The notes under the pieces: generated by a model
The model's database searches: none
Told to the model about the DNA's origin: nothing
What the model saw: the letters and a program-made list of their open reading frames with translations, nothing else
Origin: Chthoniobacterales bacterium
GTDB taxonomy: Bacteria > Verrucomicrobiota > Verrucomicrobiia > Chthoniobacterales > JACTMZ01
Assembly: GCA_044359955.1 (NCBI GenBank)
Contig: JBIKLF010000005.1
Span: 54,843-118,842, forward strand
Length of the DNA: 64,000 nt
Direction: 5' to 3'
Made by a program: the position numbers and the translations under genes
Shown: positions 29,398 to 38,381 of the stretch, piece by piece
Layout of the letters: each line of letters opens with the position of its first letter
Numbering within the stretch: position 1 is the first letter of the stretch

Positions 29398-30287
29398 AAC
29401 CCGCCATCCTGCTCGTTCCCCTCCTCTTCCTCGCCGGTTGCGCGACCTCACCCCGTGAAGTCCGCCGCGCCAGCCCGGCCACCTCACCCGTGGCCGCGGC
29501 GCCGAGCCATGCGCCGGTCTGGCCGGCCAATGCCCCCGGCCTGGCTGCGCAGTCGGCCATCATGATCGATGCGCGCAGCGGAGAGGTCCTTTTCCAAAAA
29601 AATGCCGACGCACGCCGGGTGCCGGCCAGCACGCAAAAACTCCTCACCGCCTTGCTGGTCAGCCGCCGCGGCAACCTCGATGCACTGGTCACCGTCGCAC
29701 CCGAAGACACGCGCGTCGAACCGACCCGCCTGGGTCTCCGGGCCGGCGAACGCTACACGCGGCGCGACCTTCTTCAATCCATCATGGTGAAAAGTTCGAA
29801 TGACGCCTGTGCCGCGCTGGCCCGCGACCACAGCGGCTCCGAAGCGGCCTTCACCGACCATATGAACCGCGCCGCGTGGTCACTCGGGGCGCGGAGTTCC
29901 CATTTCGCCAACAGCCACGGCCTGCCAGCCAGCCAATTTTCCACCGCCCGCGACATCGCGCGCATCGCTTTCCTCGCCTACCGCGATCCGACCCTGCGCC
30001 GCATGATGCAGCAACGCATCGTCTTCTTCCGTCACAACACCGGGCGCATCACGCGCCTCGAGGCAACCAACAAATTGCTCGGTCGCTCGTCCGCTTACAA
30101 CGGGATGAAAACCGGCTACACCAACGCCGCCGGACGCTGCCTGGTCTCGAGCGGACGCCTCAACGGCCGTGAGGTCATCCTCGTGCAGCTCGGCAGCAAA
30201 ACGAGATACATCTTTGACGACGCCCAGCGGCTCATGGCCTGGTCCGGCCGCGGCACCTCCGGCGACACATCCTACGCGACCTTCTGA
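29394..30287 (+). CDS. D-alanyl-D-alanine carboxypeptidase (peptidase S11), lipoprotein
   Basis: Lipobox LLFLAGC. SxxK (ASTQKLLT), SxN (KSSNDA) and KTG (MKTGYT) motifs. ATGA overlap with the folE2 stop. Confidence 0.85.
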   Translation: MKPAILLVPLLFLAGCATSPREVRRASPATSPVAAAPSHAPVWPANAPGLAAQSAIMIDARSGEVLFQKNADARRVPASTQKLLTALLVSRRGNLDALVTVAPEDTRVEPTRLGLRAGERYTRRDLLQSIMVKSSNDACAALARDHSGSEAAFTDHMNRAAWSLGARSSHFANSHGLPASQFSTARDIARIAFLAYRDPTLRRMMQQRIVFFRHNTGRITRLEATNKLLGRSSAYNGMKTGYTNAAGRCLVSSGRLNGREVILVQLGSKTRYIFDDAQRLMAWSGRGTSGDTSYATF

Positions 30288-30320
30288 CCGGTCATTTCGC
30301 GCGATGTGGTTGCCGCACCG

Positions 30321-31418
30321 CTAAAGTTTGGAGACGACAAATTCCGCAGTCTGACGCGCCGCCGCGGGATGGCTGACCTTGAGCAAATTTTCCCGCCAGC
30401 GCGTCCACTCGGACCCGCCATTTTCCAGCAGTGCACGCTGCACCGTCCCGATGATTTTTTCGGGAGTCGTCGCCAACGCGCCCGCGCCGATCTCGGCCAG
30501 CAGCGTCACATTGCCTTCCTCCTGCCCCGCGACCACGTGGCTGATGATCATGGGGCGCGCGATGGCCAGCGTCTCCTGCACGATTGCCCCGCCCGCTTTG
30601 CCGATGAAAAGATGACTTTCGGCCAACAACTCCGGCATGCGGTCGGTCCAGCCAAGGAGGCTGAAGGCGCCGACCGGCAGATCGAGCCGTTTCAAAAACC
30701 CGTGCAGATGCTGGTGCCGCCCGGTCACCACGGTCAACTCGACGCCCGGCAACGCGGTCAGCCCCCGCACCACCGCCGAAACCGTGCGGCGACTGGCCGA
30801 GGGCAGATAAAGAATTTTCCAAGGCGGCCCCGGCGGCAATGGCCGGCGCGCCAACTCTTCGAAACGCGGACTGACCGGAAAACCGAGCACGACAATTTTC
30901 TCCGGCGGTGTGCCGCCTTGCGTCATGGCCTCGCGCGTCGGCTCATTGGCCACGAGGACCCAATCGGCCGGGGCGAGGTTCCAGACGCGGTTGATCACGA
31001 TGGAGTCGGTCACCACCATGAAATGCGGACAGACCGGCACCTCGCCGCCCTTCATCAGCTCGCTGATCAAATAGCTGTAAACCGGATAAGTCGTCATGAC
31101 CGCCGCCGGTTTTTTCTCGCGCAGCAAATCCCGGAGGGCTGCTTTGAGATTGCCCAGCGTCGGCAACGTCCAATCGAAGACCGGAGTTTTGTCATAAAGC
31201 CAGAAAAAGGCTTTCCACGTCACCGGCACGCGCTGGATGGAGAAATTGTAGGCCACTTGCAGGGTCTTCGAAGCGCGAGGGTTGACCTCGACATAGGGAT
31301 CGTGGACCTCGGTGTCGTAACCGCCGATGGCCTCGAAGGCGTCGCGCACATTGCGTGCCGCCGAGTTGTGGCCGTCACCGAAACCGGTGGTGAAAATGAG
31401 GATTTTTTGGCGACTCAT
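30321..31418 (-). CDS. GT28 MGDG-synthase-family glycosyltransferase (diacylglycerol glycosyltransferase-like)
   Basis: N-terminus KILIFTTGFGDGHNSAARNV and C-terminal GT-B region LFIGKAGGAIVQETLAIARPMII, typical of the MGDG synthase/UgtP family. Confidence 0.8.
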   Translation of the reverse strand: MSRQKILIFTTGFGDGHNSAARNVRDAFEAIGGYDTEVHDPYVEVNPRASKTLQVAYNFSIQRVPVTWKAFFWLYDKTPVFDWTLPTLGNLKAALRDLLREKKPAAVMTTYPVYSYLISELMKGGEVPVCPHFMVVTDSIVINRVWNLAPADWVLVANEPTREAMTQGGTPPEKIVVLGFPVSPRFEELARRPLPPGPPWKILYLPSASRRTVSAVVRGLTALPGVELTVVTGRHQHLHGFLKRLDLPVGAFSLLGWTDRMPELLAESHLFIGKAGGAIVQETLAIARPMIISHVVAGQEEGNVTLLAEIGAGALATTPEKIIGTVQRALLENGGSEWTRWRENLLKVSHPAAARQTAEFVVSKL

Positions 31419-31423
31419 GGAGA

Positions 31424-32167
31424 TTACAACTGGCGGAGGGATTCCTTGGCGCGGCTCTGGGCTCCCGCATCATCGCGGCTGCGCTGGGGCAAGCTGATCG
31501 CCTTCTGCAGCTCCCGCCGCGCATCATCTTTGCGCCCTACCGTAAGATAAGCCCGCCCGAGTTCGGCGTGGAAAAGAGCGTTGCCAGGTTCCAGTTCCAC
31601 CGCTTTCTGCAGGCAGCGGACGGCCTCCTCGTTGCTGGCCGGCGGCATTTTGCCGTAGATGGCCTCGGCCATGACGCGAAGCAAGGCATTGAGGTTGGCA
31701 ATTTCGTAGTTCCACCGCCCGAGAACGTGCCACCCGAGAGCGTAGCGGGGGTCGAGTTTGACCGCTTCGGCCGACTCGGATCTGACCACACTCGAGAGCT
31801 CCAACCGCCGGCGCGACTCGCTGTAAAAAGCCAGGCGGCCTGCCGCGATAGCGAGCGTGACCCGCGCGGCCGGATCCCGTGGCGCCAAGTCTTTCGCTTT
31901 CCGGGCCGTCTCGTAGCCGAGGGTAGCCAACCGCAACCTTTCCGCGCGCGATGGGGCGTCCAAGACCATCTCGACATACTGTTTGGCCATCTTGCGCTGC
32001 AGCGCCGCATCACCCGGTCGCTGGGCGGCGGCTTTTTGGTAGGCAGCCAGAGCCTCGGCCGACTTGAACTGGCGATCGAGGCTGTCGCCCTGCTCGATCC
32101 ATTCCGCAGCACCATGAACGCTCGATACCGCGGCCCAGACCACGGCGGCACAAAGTATCGTCCTCAC
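31424..32167 (-). CDS. TPR-repeat protein with an N-terminal signal-like segment
   Basis: Start at GTG 32167 ([19 protein letters not shown]) forms a GTGA overlap with the upstream stop. TPR-like repeats include [47 protein letters not shown]. Confidence 0.6.
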   Translation of the reverse strand: MRTILCAAVVWAAVSSVHGAAEWIEQGDSLDRQFKSAEALAAYQKAAAQRPGDAALQRKMAKQYVEMVLDAPSRAERLRLATLGYETARKAKDLAPRDPAARVTLAIAAGRLAFYSESRRRLELSSVVRSESAEAVKLDPRYALGWHVLGRWNYEIANLNALLRVMAEAIYGKMPPASNEEAVRCLQKAVELEPGNALFHAELGRAYLTVGRKDDARRELQKAISLPQRSRDDAGAQSRAKESLRQL

Positions 32168-33195
32168 TTGGCGAAAAGATAATGCGAGACGATCCATTCC
32201 TCGCCGTAGCGGTAACCCCAAAGTCCCGCGCACGCCATGAAAAACACACGCCAATAGACCCGCCACTTGGTCACATTCTCCGCACCGTAAGTTGCAGTGA
32301 GGATCGGCGTGATCTCCGCCTCGTGGCGGTCCATGTTGGCCAGCCAAGCCTCGGAGGTCCTGGCGTAGTGCGTGCCGTTGACGCACCAATGATCCCGCAA
32401 GTTCAGGTCATCCTGGAAATAGGTCAGCAAATCATCCGACGGCATCGTCCCGCCCTCGAAAAAATACCGCGTGATCCAGTCGCTCGGATCCGTGCCCTCG
32501 AAATGGTAAGCCAACGAGCGGTGGGTGAAAATATGCACGAAGAGCAGCCCGCCCGGCTTCATCCACGACGCGACCTTGCGCAGCAGGAGTTCGTAATTCT
32601 TCATGTGCTCGAACATCTCGACCGACACCACGCGGTCGAATTCCCCGTGCGGCAGATCCAACTCCGCCACATTGGCCGTGTGGATTTCCACATTGCCCAA
32701 CCCCCGCCGCGCCGCCTCGCCCATGATGTATTCTTTCTGCGTGCGCGAGTTGGAAACCCCGAGAATCCGCGAGTTCGGATACTTCTCCGCCATCCACAAG
32801 GTCAGCGATCCCCACCCGCAACCCAACTCCAACACGCGCTGGCCGTCCTCCAACTTCGCCCGCTCACAACTCAGCGCCAGCATCGCCTCCTCCGATTCCG
32901 CGAAGGTCGTGTGCCGCCCGGACCACAGCCCGCTACTGTATTTCATGCGCGGACCGAGCACGTATTTGAAAAATTCCGTCGGCACTTCGTAATGCTGCTC
33001 GTTCGCCTCCCGTGTCTTCACCGCGATCGGCAGGGACTTCAGCTCGCGCACAAAATCCATCAACGCCTTCTGCTGCGCCTCCACCCCGCCGCGGTTCTCG
33101 TCCTTCAGCTTGCGCGCCAACAACTGATGGATCCCCGCCCGGATGACAAAATCCGGCAGCATCCCTTTCTCCAAAATGCGGTCGAGAACACTCAT
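32164..33195 (-). CDS. cyclopropane/mycolic-acid-synthase-like SAM-dependent methyltransferase
   Basis: [44 protein letters not shown]: the CMAS-family motif series in a 343-aa protein. Confidence 0.8.
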   Translation of the reverse strand: MSVLDRILEKGMLPDFVIRAGIHQLLARKLKDENRGGVEAQQKALMDFVRELKSLPIAVKTREANEQHYEVPTEFFKYVLGPRMKYSSGLWSGRHTTFAESEEAMLALSCERAKLEDGQRVLELGCGWGSLTLWMAEKYPNSRILGVSNSRTQKEYIMGEAARRGLGNVEIHTANVAELDLPHGEFDRVVSVEMFEHMKNYELLLRKVASWMKPGGLLFVHIFTHRSLAYHFEGTDPSDWITRYFFEGGTMPSDDLLTYFQDDLNLRDHWCVNGTHYARTSEAWLANMDRHEAEITPILTATYGAENVTKWRVYWRVFFMACAGLWGYRYGEEWIVSHYLFAK

Positions 33196-33209
33196 GGCGT
33201 CCTCCCCCG

Positions 33210-33270
33210 GTAGGAACGGTCGCCGCGGCGACCGTCCGCTGCCCTTGTAGCGGCGCCGTCCTCGGCGCCG
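33210..33270 (+). repeat. two tandem GTAG-headed REP-like palindromes
   Basis: gtaggaacggtcgccgcggcgaccgtcc (33210-33237) and gtagcggcgccgtcctcggcgccg (33247-33270). The second matches 48538-48561 with 1 mismatch. Confidence 0.7.
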
Positions 33271-33292
33271 ATCGTTATACGTTCAGCCCCCA

Positions 33293-34102
33293 TCATCCCC
33301 TCCGCACAAACCAAGGAAAAAACGCGTTCACCGTCCGCTGATACTCCCGGTAATCCTCGCCCCGCGACCGCACCGCATGCTCCTCGGTTGCCTTGATCCC
33401 CGTCACTTTGGTCAAAAATAAATACATCAGGGCCGGAGCATAAACCGCCATCCACCCGCCCGGCGAGCCCAGCGCGTAGATAAAATACGCGACCCAGACC
33501 AGCCATTCGCAAAAGTAATTCGGATGACGCGAATAGTTCCACAACCCGACCCGGCAGGTTTTCCCCTTGTTAGCCGAATCCGACCGGAACCGGTTCAGCT
33601 GCGCATCGGCCGCCGATTCCCCCAGCATGGCCAGCAGCCACAACGCCGCTCCCACATACTCGAAAACCCCCAGCCCCGGCGCCCCGTTGATAAAGACAAA
33701 TACAAACGGCACGCTCAGCAGCGCGATGAGAACCCCCTGCGCCTCGAAAAACCCGAAGAACATGGCCCACGTGTGGTTCGGGAACTGTTGCCGCAGCGCC
33801 GCATAGCGCCCGTCCTCCTCCGGATGGTGCTTGGCCACGCGGATCCACAAATACGTCCCCAGCCGCGCCGCCCAGATTGTCACCATCAACACGAGCACGA
33901 AACTGCGCGTGACGTCCCCACCGCCCAAGACAGCGCAGGCCAAGGCCACGGGAATGAATCCGTAGGACCAGAAAATGTCGACGATCCCCGCGTTGTTCAG
34001 CACGCGGGAAATCACCCACACCCCCGCCATCATGACCATCGGAATGGCCAGCGCGAAGGCCATCAACCGCCAGAACTCCGCCCACTCCGGCATCATGAGC
34101 AC
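33293..34102 (-). CDS. DUF1295 family membrane protein (steroid 5-alpha-reductase/ICMT-like)
   Basis: Multi-TM protein with C-terminal GLWNYSRHPNYFCEWLVWVAYF, typical of DUF1295. A start at ATG 34096 would give an ATGA overlap with the cfa stop. Confidence 0.8.
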   Translation of the reverse strand: MLMMPEWAEFWRLMAFALAIPMVMMAGVWVISRVLNNAGIVDIFWSYGFIPVALACAVLGGGDVTRSFVLVLMVTIWAARLGTYLWIRVAKHHPEEDGRYAALRQQFPNHTWAMFFGFFEAQGVLIALLSVPFVFVFINGAPGLGVFEYVGAALWLLAMLGESAADAQLNRFRSDSANKGKTCRVGLWNYSRHPNYFCEWLVWVAYFIYALGSPGGWMAVYAPALMYLFLTKVTGIKATEEHAVRSRGEDYREYQRTVNAFFPWFVRRG

Positions 34103-35331
34103 CCCCGATTCAGACCCGTCGAAAAATCGAGCGTCTCATTGTCCGCCCGCGTGTAAATGGCCTGCACCACGCTGATGTGACGCGTGGCAAACGCCGCCTC
34201 GCAATACGCGAGGTAGTAGTCCCACTTGCGGAGGAACGTCTCGTCGAACCCCTGCGCCCGCACTGCAGCGAGCACACGATGGAAATTCTCCCGCCAGACA
34301 TGCAGGGTCCGCGCGTAATACGGTCCCATGTCGTCCAAATCATGCAGGAACAAATCCCCCGTGCGATTCAGCGCCGTGTTGACCCGCCCAATGCTGTTGA
34401 GTAGCGAGCCCGGGAAAACATGCCGCTGAATAAAATCCACCCCGCGCCGCAACACCTCGTATTGCGCATCCGGACACGTGATGTATTGCAACCCGAGCAG
34501 CCCCTTGCGCTGGAGCAAGCGGTGGCACTGCGCGAAATACCCTTCGAGGTATTTGTCCCCCACCGCCTCGAGCATCTCGATGGAGGCAATCTTGTCGAAC
34601 TGCCCGGTCAGCTCCCGGTAGTCGGTCAGCCGCAGATCGATCTGGTCGTTCAACCCCGCCGCCGCGATCCGCCGCGAGGCCTCGTCGAACTGCGCCGGCG
34701 AGATCGTCACCGTGGTAACCCGGCATCCGAAATTTTGCGCCGCGTGCATAGAAAACCCGCCCCACCCGCTCCCGATCTCCAGCACATGATCCGACGGCTG
34801 CAACCGCAGCTTGCGGCAGAGCACATCGTATTTGCGCACCTGCGCCTGCTCCAGTGTCGCGCCCGGCTGATCCCAATACGCCGCCGAATACGTCATGGTC
34901 GGATCCAACCACAGCGCGAAGAACTCGTTGCTCAGATCGTAGTGCTCTTGGATATTCCGCCGGCTGGTCCGCCGGCTGTTCGGCCGCAGCTGGTGCGCCA
35001 CCTTGTGCGCGAAATTCATCAGCCCGATCCGCAAGTCCGTCCGCCCCGATCCCTCCAGCACCGTCGACTCGTCGGCATTGCGGATAAACCACGCAATCAC
35101 CCCGACCAAATCCTCCGTCTCCCACAACCCGTCCATATACGCCTCCCCAAACCCGACCGGCCCGTAAAGCACGCACGTCCGGAAAAATTCCACGTCCTTG
35201 ACCCGAATCTCCGCCCGCGGCTCCTCCCCCACCCCCCCGAAGACCTTCTCGCTCCCGTCCGGCAAAACCACCCGCAACCAGCCGCACTGCATACCGGAAA
35301 GCACGGAAAAGAGGATCGACTTAAAATTCAT
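34093..35331 (-). CDS. cfa: cyclopropane-fatty-acyl-phospholipid synthase
   Basis: From ATG 35331: HYDLSNEFF, TYSAAYW, VLEIGSGWGGFSMHAAQNFGCRVTTVTIS, IASIEMLEAVG: the full CFA synthase motif series. Confidence 0.9.
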   Translation of the reverse strand: MNFKSILFSVLSGMQCGWLRVVLPDGSEKVFGGVGEEPRAEIRVKDVEFFRTCVLYGPVGFGEAYMDGLWETEDLVGVIAWFIRNADESTVLEGSGRTDLRIGLMNFAHKVAHQLRPNSRRTSRRNIQEHYDLSNEFFALWLDPTMTYSAAYWDQPGATLEQAQVRKYDVLCRKLRLQPSDHVLEIGSGWGGFSMHAAQNFGCRVTTVTISPAQFDEASRRIAAAGLNDQIDLRLTDYRELTGQFDKIASIEMLEAVGDKYLEGYFAQCHRLLQRKGLLGLQYITCPDAQYEVLRRGVDFIQRHVFPGSLLNSIGRVNTALNRTGDLFLHDLDDMGPYYARTLHVWRENFHRVLAAVRAQGFDETFLRKWDYYLAYCEAAFATRHISVVQAIYTRADNETLDFSTGLNRGCS

Positions 35332-35478
35332 CACGCGAAGCGGCAATATACATCTTCCACCGGCGCGGCGAAAGCAGGTTTGCACCGATTGATCTAGCAG
35401 GCTGCGACGGCTAAACCTTCCGTGTCGATGCGGAAACTGCTCCTCACCAGCGCCCTGCTCTTGGCAGCAGCGCGAAGG

Positions 35479-35931
35479 TCAAGCCTCGCGCCTCGGTGGG
35501 GAGCGACGTTGACGTGAGGGTGTCGGTTTTTTGGCCTCGTGCAGCACGATGGGCAAGAACTTTGCGAAGTGCCTGAAATCCCCGTCCGTTGTGAAGATGA
35601 CCAAGTCGCACCGGACAGCCACTGCGCAAATGAGGAAATCGGTGTTCGACCCCTGAATGCCCTTCGACCGGCACACGTTGAAAAACTTCGCGGCCGTCAC
35701 GTAATCTTCCGTCAGGAGCGGAATATCGGGGAATGCCGCGAGGTGGGTTTCCAAACGCGCGAACTGCACCCGATCCCGCACACCGGAAAGAATTTCCTGC
35801 CGGATGGGGCCGACGATCTCGGCTCTATGGGCGGAAACGAGCCGCCGCAATTCCTCCCTCTCCGGATGCTGCCGTCCATCGTCACGCCGCAAGGCCAACG
35901 ACCAGACGCTCGTATCGACGAGCGCCCTCAA
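35479..35931 (-). CDS. vapC: type II toxin VapC (PIN domain)
   Basis: MRALVDTSVW (first acidic residue), RQEIL, NTDFLICAVA, IFTTDGDF: the four PIN acidic positions. ATGA overlap with the upstream antitoxin gene. Confidence 0.85.
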   Translation of the reverse strand: MRALVDTSVWSLALRRDDGRQHPEREELRRLVSAHRAEIVGPIRQEILSGVRDRVQFARLETHLAAFPDIPLLTEDYVTAAKFFNVCRSKGIQGSNTDFLICAVAVRCDLVIFTTDGDFRHFAKFLPIVLHEAKKPTPSRQRRSPPRREA

Positions 35932-36128
35932 GCCCGCGCCCGCTGGCGTTTGTAGTCGTAGGCCGGGTCGAACTCGACCTTCCCGAAAAGGTCCAAGATG
36001 CGATCCTGTCGCAAGTGGCTGATGTAGTCCGTGAGGGCGCGGGTGACCGCCTCTTTCTTGGTGCGATGTTTTCCCAGGGCCGCGGCCTCTGTGATCAGCC
36101 GATCGTCAAGTTGCAGATTCGTCGCCAT
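35928..36128 (-). CDS. vapB: type II antitoxin, VapB-like
   Basis: 66 aa from ATG 36128: MATNLQLDDRLITEAAALGKHRTKKEAVTRALTDYI (DNA-binding-like N-terminus) and an acidic/aromatic tail. Position and 4-nt overlap with vapC. Confidence 0.7.
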   Translation of the reverse strand: MATNLQLDDRLITEAAALGKHRTKKEAVTRALTDYISHLRQDRILDLFGKVEFDPAYDYKRQRARA

Positions 36129-36138
36129 AGTTCGATCC

Positions 36139-36177
36139 CACACACAGTGTCACACATTGTGATGTGTGAGTCAATGG
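36139..36177 (-). promoter_or_regulatory. candidate vapBC promoter/operator
   Basis: Perfect 8-bp inverted repeat tcacacat (36150-36157) / atgtgtga (36162-36169), plus acac-a-gtgt (36142-36150). Minus-strand TTGACT at 36174-36169 overlaps the repeat, immediately upstream of the vapB ATG. Confidence 0.45.
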
Positions 36178-36227
36178 ATTCGGAAGACCGACCGCGTCCA
36201 CTCTGCGGGCAAGCAAGCTTGGAAAAG

Positions 36228-37022
36228 CTACTTCTGCAAGGACTTATGCGGACGGAACACCCCGCGCTGGTCTTCGGCGCGCGCCTCTTTCCGGAAAAAC
36301 GGCACGCGTTTGAGCCAGAGACGGAAGGCCTGCCAGTGGATGAGGCCGATGACCTTGAGCGTGATGAATGGAAACCTGGCCGTGAAGCCGAGGAGGTTGG
36401 CCAAGGTAATTTCCTTGCGCCGGCCGGTCAGCGTGCTGATCAGCACTTTGCCCTCCGCATCGTAGTCATCAATGAAGACCCGCAGCTTTTCGTCCGGCAG
36501 GTGGAAGCGGAAGTGGAACTTGAGATCCACCGGACTGAACGGCGACACATAGTAGTCCTTCGGCACCCGCACCTCGAAGTCACACTTGCCGTCCGGCGTG
36601 CGCGGCACCAGATACGGCTTCAATTCGCGGAAGGTGTTGCCCACCTGCACCACCGACCCATGCGGCGTGCCCTCGGCCCGGAAGCAGAAATAAATGGTGA
36701 TAGGATTGAAGGTGTAACCAAGCATCCGCGGGAAACAGAGCATGCGGATCGAGCCGCCCTCCTCCAGCGGACACCCCGCGCGCTGGAGGAACTCGCGCAC
36801 GTTGTCCGCGATCGGACGCTCCCCGGGGCCGTATTGCAGATGGTCGCGGTCGCGCAAGCTGTAAATATTCGGACGATTAACCCCGAAAATTTTCAGCTTC
36901 CGTGCCACGACGTCCAACTCGGCGAGATCGAGGTAGAAGTAAAAAACGCGGTAAAGAAACTCATGCTGCTTGGGCCGCAGGCGCCGGTGGAAGACGTCGC
37001 ATTCGTAGAAGCAAGAGTTCAC
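36228..37022 (-). CDS. DUF1365 family protein
   Basis: YECDVFHRRLRPKQHEFLYRVFYFYLDLAELD, YYVSPF: DUF1365 pattern. GTG 37022 forms a GTGA overlap with the stop of the upstream oxidoreductase (37019-37021). Confidence 0.8.
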   Translation of the reverse strand: MNSCFYECDVFHRRLRPKQHEFLYRVFYFYLDLAELDVVARKLKIFGVNRPNIYSLRDRDHLQYGPGERPIADNVREFLQRAGCPLEEGGSIRMLCFPRMLGYTFNPITIYFCFRAEGTPHGSVVQVGNTFRELKPYLVPRTPDGKCDFEVRVPKDYYVSPFSPVDLKFHFRFHLPDEKLRVFIDDYDAEGKVLISTLTGRRKEITLANLLGFTARFPFITLKVIGLIHWQAFRLWLKRVPFFRKEARAEDQRGVFRPHKSLQK

Positions 37023-38296
37023 CTCCAAGGATCCTCCCCGCACACCGCATGCGCGCATTGCACGGCCGAGGCGAAGGCATCCTCATGGAAACCGTAGCGG
37101 AAGTAGCTACCGCAGAAAAAGACGCGCTGGTCGCGCGACTCGGCATTGATCGAGGGCAAATGGTGCTGCGCGGCCAGCGCGCCGCGGTCGAAGACAGGGT
37201 GCGTGTATTCCGTCTTCCACAGCACGGTCGCCGGGTCGATGCGGTCGGCGTAATTCAGACTGACAAAATAATTCCGGCGATCCGACACCCCCTGCAGGCG
37301 GTTCATGTAGTAATGGGTCGACGGACGCTCGCCCTCCGCACTCGGCTCCATGCGGTAATTCCAGGCCGCCCAGGCCAGCCTGCGCTGCGGCATGACCGTC
37401 GCATCGGTGTGCAGCACGGTCTCGTTGGCCTGATAGCGGAAGGCGGGCAGCAACTTCTCCTGCAATGGACTCGGCCGCGCCAGCATGGCCAGCGATTCGT
37501 CGGCATGGGCGGCCATGATGACACGATCAAACGCATGAGTTTGGCCGTCCTTGGTCCGCACCGTGACTCCGTCAGCTTCCGTCTCGACACCGGCGACCGG
37601 CACGGACGCCCGCGCGCCGGGCAAACTCGCCACCATGCGTTTCACGTATTCGCGCGACCCGCCGTCCACCGTGAACCACGGATGATGCGTGCTGACGCCG
37701 AGGAATCCATGATTGTGGAAAAACCGCACCAGCGTGGCGGCCGGAAAATCCAACGCGCCACCCGGGGTAATGCTCCAGATCGAAGCGCTCATCGGCACGA
37801 GGTAAAGCCGTAGGAAGTCGTCGCCGAGACGGTGGAGGCGCACAAACTCGTCGAGCGACATGGACTCGAGTGACTCGTCCTGCAAGGCCGCATTGGCCAC
37901 GCGGAAAAACCGCATGATCTGCGCCAGCAACTTGAGGTAACGCGGTCGCACCAGATTCCGCCGTTGGGCGAAGACGCGGTTCAAGCCCATCCCGTTGTAT
38001 TCCACATCGAGTCCCTCGTGCCGCACGCTGAAACTCATCTCGGTCGGCTTGATCGGCACCCGCAACTCTTCGAACAAACGCAGCAGATACGGGTAGGTCA
38101 CCTTGTTGAAAACCATGAACCCGGTGTCGATCGGCACCCGTCGCCCGTCTTCGTCCACCTCGACGGTATTCGAATGACCGCCGATGTGGCCCTCGCGCTC
38201 GAAGACCGTGACGTCGTAGCGCCGCCGCAACAACCATGCCGCGCCCAATCCGGCGATGCCGCCGCCGATGACGGCCAAGCGTTCGCGGCTCACCAA
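37019..38296 (-). CDS. FAD-dependent oxidoreductase (flavin amine-oxidase/phytoene-desaturase-like)
   Basis: Dinucleotide fold LAVIGGGIAGLGAAWLL...VTVFE and C-terminal FFCGSYFRYGFHEDAFASA. Start at TTG 38296 or GTG 38293. Confidence 0.85.
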   Translation of the reverse strand: MVSRERLAVIGGGIAGLGAAWLLRRRYDVTVFEREGHIGGHSNTVEVDEDGRRVPIDTGFMVFNKVTYPYLLRLFEELRVPIKPTEMSFSVRHEGLDVEYNGMGLNRVFAQRRNLVRPRYLKLLAQIMRFFRVANAALQDESLESMSLDEFVRLHRLGDDFLRLYLVPMSASIWSITPGGALDFPAATLVRFFHNHGFLGVSTHHPWFTVDGGSREYVKRMVASLPGARASVPVAGVETEADGVTVRTKDGQTHAFDRVIMAAHADESLAMLARPSPLQEKLLPAFRYQANETVLHTDATVMPQRRLAWAAWNYRMEPSAEGERPSTHYYMNRLQGVSDRRNYFVSLNYADRIDPATVLWKTEYTHPVFDRGALAAQHHLPSINAESRDQRVFFCGSYFRYGFHEDAFASAVQCAHAVCGEDPWR

Positions 38297-38306
38297 CTCC
38301 CCCCTT

Positions 38307-38370
38307 GTAGCGGCGGTCTATGACCGTCGCTGCCTTTCCAAATGCTCCGGCGGTCATAGACCGCCGCTAC
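38307..38370. repeat. REPIN-like inverted doublet
   Basis: gtagcggcggtctatgaccgtcgc (38307-38330), a 16-nt spacer, then ccggcggtcatagaccgccgctac (38347-38370). Predicted long hairpin between the desaturase and oxidoreductase genes. Confidence 0.8.
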
Positions 38371-38381
38371 ATTAAACACCC

